This document shows positions 8,085-17,019 of a stretch of 18,278 nt of DNA, piece after piece; positions within the stretch are counted from its first letter, which is position 1, and each line of letters starts with the position of its first letter. The DNA comes from Octopus sinensis. Its lineage: Eukaryota. Location: contig NW_021824426.1 in assembly GCF_006345805.1 (NCBI RefSeq), positions 1-18,278 on the forward strand, read 5' to 3'. The position numbers and the translations under genes are program-made. The notes beneath the pieces were generated by a model, which saw nothing but the letters and a program-made list of their open reading frames with translations, had not been told where the DNA came from and made no database searches.

Positions 8085-8244
8085 ATACGACAGGCTTCTT
8101 TCAGTTTCTGTCTACCAAATCCACTCACAAGGCTTTGGTCGGCCCGAGGCTATAGTAGAAGACACTTGCCCAAGGTGCCATGCAGTGGGACTGAACCCGG
8201 AACCATGTTGTTGGTAAACAAGCTACTTACCACACAGCCGCTCC
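8085..8244 (-). mobile_element. SINE family A, 5' half lacking the terminal TGCGCC
   Basis: Ends GCCGCTCC and runs into a T-tract, as does the copy ending at 13061. Confidence 0.88.
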
Positions 8245-8497
8245 TTTTTTTTTTTGGCAAACAGCAGCGGAAAATTATTAATATTTCCAATTTATTCCTT
8301 CAAAATAAATTTAACAGTTTTCTTTTCTTTAATTAAAGAGCCTTTTTCCTATCCTTAATATTTATCCCATTTTGGGAGTTTATCAACGGTGTGTCAGATT
8401 ATTCATTTTGATGGGTAAACAACATTTCATATATTTATGTGTGTATGTGTGTGTATACACACACATCTCTGTTTATTTTCTTTGATTTCTTTCTGTA

Positions 8498-9190
8498 GGA
8501 GGTGCAATGGCCCAGTGGTTAGGCTAGCAGACTCGCGGTCGTAGGATCGCGGTTTCGATTCCCAGACCGGGCATTGTGAGTGTTTATTGAGTGAAAACAC
8601 CTAAAGTTCCATGAGGCTCCAGCAGGGGGTAGTGGTGAACCCTGCTATACTCTTTTGCCACAATTTTCTCTCACACTTTCTTCCTGTTTCTGTTGTGCCT
8701 GTGTCACGCTGAATCTCCCCGAGAACTATGTTAAGGGTACATGTGTAGGCACAGGAGAGGCTGTGTGGTAAGTAGCTTGCTAACCAACCACATGGTTCCG
8801 GGTTCAGTCCCACTGCGTGGCATCTTGAGCAAGTGTCTTCTGTTATAGCCTCGGACCGACCAAAGCCTTGTGAGTGGATTTGGTAGTCGGAAACTGAATG
8901 AAGCTTGTCGTATATATTTATATATATATATATATGTGTGTGTATGTGTTTGTCTCCCCCCCCCCAGCATTGCTTGACAACCGATGCTGGTGTGTTTACG
9001 TCCCCGTCACTTAGCAGTTTGGCAAAAGAGACCGATAGAATAAGTACTGGGCTTACAAAGAATAAGTCCTGGGGTCGATCTGCTCGACTAAAAGGCGGTG
9101 CTCCAGCATGGCCACAGTCAAATGACTGAACCAAGTAAAAGAGTAAAGAGAGTGTCTGTGAAATGCTTGGGCACTTGCACATTAATAAAT
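8498..9190 (+). mobile_element. Family B-related SINE (8498-8746 and probably 9152-9190) interrupted by a family A copy
   Basis: TGGCCCAGTGG A-box and GTTTCGATTCC B-box; 5' body similar to 6042-6210. GTGT flanks the inserted SINE at 8743-8746 and 9152-9155. Confidence 0.7.
8748..9150 (+). mobile_element. SINE family A, full length
   Basis: Complete head, internal microsatellite, body and AGTAAAAGAGTAAAGAG tail. Confidence 0.9.
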
Positions 9191-9385
9191 GAGCCACAAC
9201 GTCACAGGTGCCAAGCTGTATCGGCCCCTTTGCCTTTCCCTTGGATAACACCAGTGGCGTGGAGAGCAGAGGCCGGTATGCATGGGCGACTGCTGGTCTT
9301 CCATAAACAACCTTGCCTGGACTTGTGCCTGGGAGGGTAACTTTCTAGGTGCAATCCCCTGGCCAGTCATGACTGAAAAGGGTCA
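9191..9385 (+). mobile_element. Family F SINE, 3' half
   Basis: Near-identical to the reverse complement of about 3905-4090. Confidence 0.85.
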
Positions 9386-9552
9386 CAAATTCCTTTCTGT
9401 TAAAGAGCATAGGCTCGAAACATAAAAAAACCTTTTCATTTTTCCGAGAGTCAAACTATATAATTGCCCGTTGTTCATACACCTGTCTTCGTCCTTTGTT
9501 TTTCTATAAATTTCAACTAATATTTATATATATACATACATATATATATGTA

Positions 9553-9615
9553 TATCATCATCATCATCATCATCATCGTTTAGCAACCGCTTTCCATGCT
9601 AGCATGGGTTGGACA
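9553..9615 (-). mobile_element. Family C tail with (CAT)n
   Basis: (CAT)n CGTTTA...TTCCATGCTAGCATGGGTTGGAC. Confidence 0.75.
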
Positions 9616-9640
9616 ATATATATATATATATATATTCTAA

Positions 9641-9872
9641 AGGGCGGCGAACTGGCAGAAACGTTAGCACGCCGGGCGAAATGCTTAGCCGTATTTCGTC
9701 TGCCGTTAGTGTTCTGGGTTCAAAATCCGCCGAGGTCGACTTTGCCTTTCATCTTTCGGGGGTCGATAAATTAAGTACCAGTTACGCACTGGGGTCGATG
9801 TAATCGACTTAATCCTTTGTCTGTCCTTGTTCGTCCCTTCTATGTTTAGCCCCTTGTGGGCAGTAAAGAAAT
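9641..9872 (+). mobile_element. SINE family G
   Basis: tRNA-like head (TGGCAGAAACG...GGGTTCAAAATCC) and central block GCCGAGGTCGACTTTGCCTTTCATCTTTCGGGGTCGATAAATTAAGTACCAG, which resembles conserved SINE central domains (from recall, superfamily not verified). Confidence 0.7.
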
Positions 9873-9885
9873 ATATATATATATA

Positions 9886-10330
9886 TTCTTTTATTCTTTT
9901 ACTTGTTTCAGTCATTTGACTGTGGCCATGCTGGAGCACTGCCATTAGTCAAGCAAATCAACCCCAGGACTTATTCTTTGTAAGCCTAGTACTTATTCTA
10001 TCGGTCTCTTTTGCTGAACCACTAGGTTACGGTGACATAAACACACCAGCATCGGCTGTCAAGCGATGTTGGGGGGACAAACACAGACACACACACACAT
10101 ACATACATACATATATATATATATACATAATACACATAATATATATATATATATATATCCCTCTCTCTCTTTGGGAGAGGCACAAGCACCTACACGCACA
10201 TATGCACACACGGCAGTAACTTCCACCTACCGAATTCAATCACAAAGCTCCGGTCAGCTCGGGGCTATAGTGGAAGACACCCACCCAAAGTGCCACGCAG
10301 TGGGACTGAACCCGAAACCATGTAGCTAGG
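9886..10330 (-). mobile_element. SINE family A, with a diverged 5' half
   Basis: 3' half 9886-10090 is well conserved, then an expanded microsatellite, then a degenerate 5' half at 10200-10330. A further 35-bp fragment lies at about 10350-10385. Confidence 0.82.
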
Positions 10331-10690
10331 AAGCATACACACATAGATATAAGACGGGCTTCTTTCAGTTTCCGTCTACCAAATCCAAATTCCTAACACC
10401 AACATTCACCAGCATTTCACAGACACGTGTAACCCCTATGAGAGCGTATTATGTGTCACCGGGATGAGGGCCAGTCAGGCAGTACTCGCAACAACCATGC
10501 TCAAATGGTGTTTTTTACGTGCCACCTGCACAGGAGCCAGTCCAGCGACACTGGTACATAGTTATTTGTGTAGCAGTTTACTTTGTAAAACAGTAAGGGG
10601 TGAGGGTTGCTAGCACATCACCCTCTATCCACATTCTCCCCGTCCACATCTTTACCACATGGGGCCCTAACAAAATCTGATAATAGATAT

Positions 10691-11110
10691 TCTTTATTCT
10701 TTTTTGTTTCTTTTACTTGTTTCAGTCATTTGACTGCGGCCATGCTGGAGCACCGCCTTTAGTCGAGCAAATCGACCCCGGCACTTATTCTTTGTAAGCC
10801 CAGTACTTATTCTATCGGTGTCTTTTGCCGAACCGCTAAGTGACGGGGACGTAAACACACCAGCATCGGTTGTCAAGCAATGCTAGGGGGACAAACACAG
10901 ACACACAAACATATACATACATGCATATTTATATATATACATATATACGACAGGCTTCTTTCAGTTTCTGTCTACCAGATCCACTCACAAGACATTGGTC
11001 GGCCCGGGGCTGTAGCAGAAGACACTTGCCCAAGATGCCATGCAGTGGGACTGAACCCGGAACCATGTGGTTGGTTAGCAAGCTACTTACCACACAGCCA
11101 CTCCTGCGCC
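10691..11110 (-). mobile_element. SINE family A, full length
   Basis: Tail through head CTCCTGCGCC; ATAGAT at 10683-10688 and 11112-11117 is a possible TSD. Confidence 0.9.
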
Positions 11111-11349
11111 TATAGATGCAAATCTATCTAATTTACTTGTTACCTTCTAAAATCAGGCATTACTTGGCGATCGGTCAGCTTACAACACCGTTGTTCGTCG
11201 TGAGTTATCTTGGGAGAATGTGTTTGTTAACTTTGCAACAAGGTCAAGGTGAGCTCTGATTGGATGCATGGGATGTGTATAAAACATGAATCGGTTTGTT
11301 TTGAATACCGAAACGAAATTATAACATTGTACCAAACTTAATGGCAATT

Positions 11350-11490
11350 TAGGCCAGGCATTGTTTTTCTTTTTCTGAGTTCAAATTCGGCCGATGGAAC
11401 TCTCATGGGAAAAATAATTTCATGTCTGGGAAACGAACGCACATTCTGACGATCACGAGCGCCAACCCTACCACTAAGCCAATCAGCTTC
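11350..11490 (-). mobile_element. Old tRNA-headed SINE fragment
   Basis: Reverse strand reads TTGGCTTAGTGGTAGGG (A-box) and GCGTTCGTTTCCC (B-box-like). Confidence 0.55.
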
Positions 11491-11545
11491 ACTGATGAAA
11501 AAAATGATAAACATCAAGTTTTTTACTTCAAAATTCAATAAAATA

Positions 11546-12240
11546 GGTGCAGGATTGGCTGTGTGGTAAGTAGCTTGCTAACCGACCACATGGTTCCGGG
11601 TTCAGTCCCACTGCGTGGCATCTCGGGCAAGTGTCTTCTGCTATAGCCCCGGGCCGACCAATGCCTTGTGAGTGGATTTGGTAGACGGAAACTGAAAGAA
11701 GCCTGTCGTATATATGTATGTATATATGTATGTGTGTATATGTTTGTGTGTCTGTGTTTGTTCCCTTAGCATTGCTTGACAACCGATGCTGGTGTGTTTG
11801 TCCCCCCACCGTCACTTAGCGGTTCGGCAAAAGAGACCGATAGAATAAGTACTGGGCTTACAAAGAATAAGTCCCGGGGTCGATTTGCTCGTCTAAAGGC
11901 GATGCTCCAGCATGGCCGCAGTCAAATGACTGAAACAAGTAAACGAGTAAACTTAGCGGTTCGGCAAAAGAGACCGATAGAATAAGTACTGGGCTTACAA
12001 AGAATAAGTCCCGGGGTCGATTTGCTCGGCTAAAGGCGATGCTCCAGCATGGCCGCAGTCAAATGACTGAAACAAGTAAAAGAGTAAACTTAGTAGTTCG
12101 GCAAAAAGAGACCGATAGAATAAGTACTGGGCTTACAAAAGAATAAGTCCCGGGGTCGATTTGCTCGTCTAAAGGCGATGCTCCAGCATGGCCACAGTCA
12201 AATGACTGAAACAAGTAAAAGAGAAAAGAGAGAAAGAGAA
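11546..12240 (+). mobile_element. SINE family A with three tandem copies of its 137-bp 3' segment
   Basis: Units begin CTTAG at 11815, 11952 and 12089. Confidence 0.92.
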
Positions 12241-12426
12241 AATAATAATAATTTTTCCTTGGGTCCAAACCGGGACTTGAAATTAACGAGATATATAATT
12301 CATGGAAAGCATGGTTACTTTAGTGCATAAAATATTTATACCAAAATGATTTTTGGAAAGAGAGAAAATATACTTATGACAAAAACACATCAGTATTGAT
12401 TTTATATCGATTGGATCCAAGGTCTC

Positions 12427-13061
12427 TTTACTCTCTCTTTTACTTGTTTCAGCCATTTGACTGCGGCCATGCTGGAGCACAGCCTTTAATCAAACAACTT
12501 GACCCTGGGACTTATTCTTTGTAAGCCCAGTACTTATTCTCTCAGTCTCTTTTGCCAAACCGCTAAGTTTACTCTTTTTACTTGTTTCAGCCATTTGACT
12601 GCGGCCATGCTGGAGCACCGCCTTTAATCGAGCAACTTGACCCCGGGATTTATTCTTTTATAAGCCCAGTACTTCTTCTATCGGTCTCTTTTTGCCGAAC
12701 CGCTAAGTTTACTCTTTTACTTGTTTCAGTCATTTGACACTGGTCATGCTGGAGCACCGCCTTTAATCGAGCAAATCAGCCCCAGGACTTATTCTATCAG
12801 TCTCTTTTGCCGAACCACTAAGTTACGGGGACATAAACACACCAGCATCGGTTGTCAACACAGACACAGACACAAACACACACACATATATATATACATA
12901 TATACGACGGGCTTCTTTCAGTTTTCATCTACCAAATCCACTCACAAGGCTTTGGTTGGCCCGAGGATATTGTAGAAGACACTTGCCCAAGGTGCCACGC
13001 AGTGGGACTGAACCCGGAACCATGTGGTTGGTTAGCAAGCTACTTACCACACAGCCACTAC
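12427..13061 (-). mobile_element. SINE family A with three tandem copies of its 3' segment
   Basis: Units end CTAAG at 12567, 12707 and 12822; the innermost unit carries a deletion of about 25 bp. Confidence 0.92.
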
Positions 13062-13176
13062 TTTTTTTTTTTTGGCAAACAGCAGCGGGAAATTATTAAT
13101 ATTTCCAATTTATTCCTTCAAAATAAATTAAACAGTTTTCTTTTCTTAAATTAAAGAGCCTTTTTCCTATCCTTAA

Positions 13177-13397
13177 CCCTTTAGCATTTAAACTGGCCAT
13201 ATCCGGCCAAAAGTATTCTGCCTGTTTTATGTTCAAACTGGCCATATCTGGTCTCTCACACCAACCCTACAATATCATCTTAAAAATTAACAGCTACCTC
13301 ATCAAAATCTCATAGCTACAAGATAATGCATGATTAATTCAAAACAATGTGGATGAAGAAGCATTAATTTTGGCAGAATAATGCGAACACTGAAGGG
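13177..13397. mobile_element. piggyBac-type MITE, 221 bp
   Basis: TTAA at 13173-13176 and 13398-13401, ends CCCTT...AAGGG. The paralogous empty site has a single TTAA at 8355-8358. Confidence 0.88.
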
Positions 13398-13446
13398 TTA
13401 ATATTCATCCCGTTTTGGGAGTTTGTCAAAGGTGTGTCAGATTATT

Positions 13447-14435
13447 CCGTGGACATATTTACAAAGTAAGAAAACAGCACAGCTCCCATGACTTCAGAAA
13501 CATTCTTTCACGCTGAGAGTTGCTGAAGCATGGAACAAACTGCCGGCATCATTTGTTAGTTGTCAGAGAACTGCATCCTTCAAGACTTCCATGCTTCCTG
13601 AGATTCGCCAACACTACACCTGATCTTTCTACCCTCCATACACACACAAGCATGTTCACTTTCCAGACATTTCTACATTACTGCATGTACTTTATATGCA
13701 CTTTCTGACAAGTTGTGGTGCACCTGAGCACTGTATACAATAATTTCATTATTATTATTATTTAAAAACTCCACCCGTCTAACACCCATGGACATGTTTA
13801 CAAAGTCAGAAAACAGCATGACTTTAGGAAACATTTTTTCACGCTAAGAGTTGCTGAAACATGGAACAAACTGCCAGCATCATTTGTTAGTTGTCGGAGC
13901 ACTGCATCCTTCAAAACTTCCATGCTTCCTGAGATTCGCCAACACTACACCTGATTTTCTCCCCTCCATACACACACAAGCATGTATCTAACTCATACAC
14001 TGTTCACTTTCCAGACATTTGTACATTACTGCATATGCTTTATACGCACTCTTGACAAGTTGTGGTGCACCTGAGCACTGTATACAATAATTTCATTATT
14101 ATTATTATTTAAAAACTCCACCTGTCTAACACCTGTGCACATATTTACAAAGTCAGAAATCAACACAGCTCCCATGACTTTCGGAAACATTTTTTCACAG
14201 AGTTGCTGAAGCATGGAACAAACTGCCAGCATCAGCTGTTAGTTGTTGGAGCACTGCATCCTTCAAAACTTCCATGCTTCCTGAGATTCGCCAACACTAC
14301 ACCTGATCTTTCTCCCCTCCATACACACACAAGCATGTTCACTTTCCAGACATTTCTACATTACTGCATGTACTTTATATGCACTTTCTGACAAGTTGTG
14401 GTGCACCTGAGCACTGTATACAATAATTTCATTAT
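13447..14435 (+). mobile_element. Three tandem 3' ends of a CR1-group LINE (13447-13762, 13763-14109, 14110-14435)
   Basis: Frameshift-corrected reading LHPSNTRGHIYKVRKQHSSHDFRKHFFTLRVAEAWNKLPAS..SC..TASFKTSM fits the RGH...FF-x2-RV-x3-WN-x-LP...FK terminus of CR1/L2-group ORF2. Copies end in ATT-type tails. Confidence 0.87.
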
Positions 14436-14476
14436 ATATTATATATATTATATATTTTGATGGGTAAACAACATTT

Positions 14477-14788
14477 TTTTGGAAAGATAGAAAATATATT
14501 TATGACAAACAAATCAGTATTGATTTTATAATTATTAAACTCAAGGTCCTTTTTGCAAACAGCAGTCGGATATTCATTAATAATTCAAATTTATTCCTAC
14601 AAAACTAATTAAGCAGTTTATGCATTGGTGTTTCAAAGAATACTCGGATATTCCTTGTCTGAACTTGTTAATTTTCTTGAATCAATGATCTTTTTTTGTT
14701 CACCTTAAGATTCATTCTGTCTGGGAGTTTATCGATGACGTGTCAGCTTTATCGTTTCGATCGGTAAATGACATTTCGTGAAGTTAAG
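14477..14788. repeat. Third, more diverged copy of unit D, without insertions
   Basis: Contains the empty SINE site CAAGGTCCTTTTTGCAAACAGCAG and a second GGGAGTTTATC..GTGTCAG block. Confidence 0.75.
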
Positions 14789-14930
14789 TGTGTGTGCATG
14801 TGTGGTGTGTGTGTGCATGCGTGTGTGGGGGAAGGTTGATTGTGTGGTGTATAATATATATATATATATATGGTGTGGTGTGTGTGTGTGTATATATATA
14901 TATATATGTATGTCTATTATATAAATATAC

Positions 14931-14977
<47 letters not shown>

Positions 14978-14984
14978 CATACAT

Positions 14985-15029
<45 letters not shown>

Positions 15030-15135
15030 TATATATTATATATATACATATATATATATATTTACATATATATATATATATACATATACATAATATATAT
15101 ATTATATACATATATATTATATATATATACACATA

Positions 15136-15178
<43 letters not shown>

Positions 15179-15215
15179 CTATAATATACATATATATATA
15201 TATATATATATAAAT
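14789..15215. repeat. Compound (GT)n/(TA)n microsatellite
   Basis: Direct reading of the sequence. Confidence 0.95.
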
Positions 15216-15421
15216 ATACTAAGTTATTAAGGGTTTAGCAACGATTTGCCTCACCACACACCGAATTTAGAAATAGCAGTCAAAAAGTTTTGGCTATTCT
15301 TTCTACTTAAAAGGGAGATCTACTTTTAAGTAGAAAGAATAGCCAAAACTTTTTGACTGCTATTTCTAAATTCGGTGTTGTGTGGGAGGCAAATCGTTGC
15401 TAAACCTTAATTACTTAGTAT
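15216..15421. repeat. 206-bp inverted repeat (foldback) with arms of about 98 bp and a 9-nt centre
   Basis: 15258-15313 is the exact reverse complement of 15323-15378 (56 bp). The outer arms differ by a few substitutions and indels. Confidence 0.95.
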
Positions 15422-15518
15422 TACTTAAACCTTCCTTGAATGGGTCTTTTACATGCCGAACTCTACTTGGTGAAATTAATGATTATTTCTAAATTAATTA
15501 TTTCACCCTTCATTATTG

Positions 15519-15573
<55 letters not shown>

Positions 15574-15775
15574 TTATAAGTATAAATTATTAATTTAAAT
15601 AATTTTTGAATTTTAACTTTAAATTTAAATAGTTTAAATTTTGAATTTAATTTTTATATATTTTTTATTAATTAATTTTATTTCTATGTATTGGTTTATG
15701 TTTTTCACTGTTTGATTTGCCTAATAGTGGTTTTTTTCTAATTTAATATATATATTTATACTATAAATTGACATA

Positions 15776-15930
15776 TCGGTTCCATTCTAGCAAAAACTGT
15801 CCGATGAACAGCAACAGGAAACTCAGAGTAACAGGTTTTGTTGAATTTTCTGCTGCTTTAAATAAAGCATATTACTCTACCACTGGTATTTGAGTACTCT
15901 TTTTTCCACCTTGTTTCACATTTATGTGTT
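15776..15930 (+). mobile_element. Probable Penelope-like pseudo-LTR fragment
   Basis: Hammerhead-like motif followed by AATAAA and a short tail ending in (TA)n. Confidence 0.5.
15791..15840 (+). ncRNA. Variant or degenerate type-I hammerhead ribozyme motif
   Basis: Helix I CAAAA-A-CTGT / ACAG-G-TTTTG, core CCGATGA...GAAA, palindromic helix III ACTC-A-GAGT, GTA site at 15828-15830. Helix II does not pair. Confidence 0.6.
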
Positions 15931-15938
15931 TACTCCGG

Positions 15939-15972
<34 letters not shown>

Positions 15973-15974
15973 GT

Positions 15975-16250
15975 GAAATAGAAAGATGAATAATCTTGTT
16001 GCAGATTAATCAAAAGCTTAGTCTGGCCATGGGCTCTTAGGAGCCTCGTTCGATTGTTTTGCTCCGCCTCTGTTCTGTTTTTGTTTTTCCAACGGATTTC
16101 CTATTTCTTCCTGAAGAGAAAGACACAATAGGTCTCCTTATTCAATCGGAATTTGGTAAATGGTGCCTTTCGAAACACGTGTAGAATGCAATAAAACGAT
16201 TTCTGTTCAATCTTCGTTTCAACTCCATTTCTTCAATTCACTAATAATAT
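15975..16250 (+). mobile_element. Probable Penelope-like pseudo-LTR fragment
   Basis: CTGAAGA...CGAAACACGTGT...AATAAA arrangement, bounded by (TA)n on both sides. Confidence 0.6.
16102..16193 (+). ncRNA. Type-I hammerhead ribozyme with palindromic helix III
   Basis: Core CTGAAGA 16111-16117 and GAAA 16172-16175. Helix II GAAAG/CTTTC plus CAC/GTG. Helix III ACACGTGT. Cleavage triplet GTA 16181-16183. Helix I TTC/GAA plus TATT/AATA. Confidence 0.8.
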
Positions 16251-16300
16251 ATTATATATATATATATATATATATTAATATATATATATATAAATAATAA

Positions 16301-16616
16301 TAAATGCGCCCTTTTTAAAGCCTAGCTAGGCTCATGGGCCTGGTTTCCCGGTTTGTTCCTTCTCGAGCCATGCCTGGCTCATAAGGGCCGGTTTCCCGGT
16401 TTCCGTGGCATATAGGTTCCCCACCTGGACAGGACGCCCGTCCGTCGCAGGAGGAAAGAGTGAGAGAAAGTTGTGGCAAAAGAGTCAGCAGAAGTTTCGT
16501 CATTACCTTCTGCCGGAGCTGTGAGGAGCTTAGGTGTTTCGCTCATAAACACACACATCGCCCGGTCTGAGATTCGAACCCGCAATCCTCGACCGCAAGT
16601 CTAACCACTAGGCCAT
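16301..16616 (-). mobile_element. SINE family B with a second, different tail appended
   Basis: About 16352-16616 aligns with the reverse complement of 6050-6320. 16301-16354 is an extra tail joined through the repeated GGTTTCCCGGTTT. Confidence 0.85.
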
Positions 16617-16680
16617 ATATGTATGTATGTATATATATATATATTATATATGTATGTATATGTATATGTATATATATATA

Positions 16681-16727
<47 letters not shown>

Positions 16728-16794
16728 GTATGTATATATATATATGTATATATATATACATATATATATACATATGTATATGATATACATATAT

Positions 16795-16827
<33 letters not shown>

Positions 16828-16917
16828 GATATGTATATGTATATATATATATATATATGTAATATATATGTATATGTATATATATATGTATATATATATA
16901 TATATATTATATGTATA

Positions 16918-16963
<46 letters not shown>

Positions 16964-16969
16964 TATATA

Positions 16970-17019
<50 letters not shown>
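16617..17019. repeat. Long imperfect (TA)n/(TATG)n microsatellite
   Basis: Direct reading of the sequence. Confidence 0.95.

Larger units (their letters stand above)
7110..8428. repeat. Duplicated segment copy 1: unknown unit D (7110-7239 and 8245-8428) split by family A SINE material
   Basis: Both D halves and both SINE junctions match 12290-12426 and 13062-13446. Confidence 0.85.
12290..14476. repeat. Duplicated segment copy 2: unit D split by a SINE, a MITE and a CR1 array
   Basis: D pieces at 12290-12426, 13062-13176, 13402-13446 and 14455-14476 are collinear with copy 1. Confidence 0.85.

Noticed and set aside
8601-9251. 216-aa minus-strand ORF and the recurring ORFs ending CHAVGLNPEPCGW or LQHGRSQMTETSK
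   Set aside because: These are translations of family A, B and F SINE sequence and recur wherever the SINEs do.
9641-9730. SINE heads of families A, B, F and G as functional tRNA genes
   Set aside because: A- and B-box-like motifs are present, but I could not fold complete cloverleaves and each head continues into a SINE body.
11815-12240. Regularly spaced repeats resembling a CRISPR array
   Set aside because: Contiguous 137-bp SINE segments with no unique spacers, in eukaryotic DNA with no cas genes.
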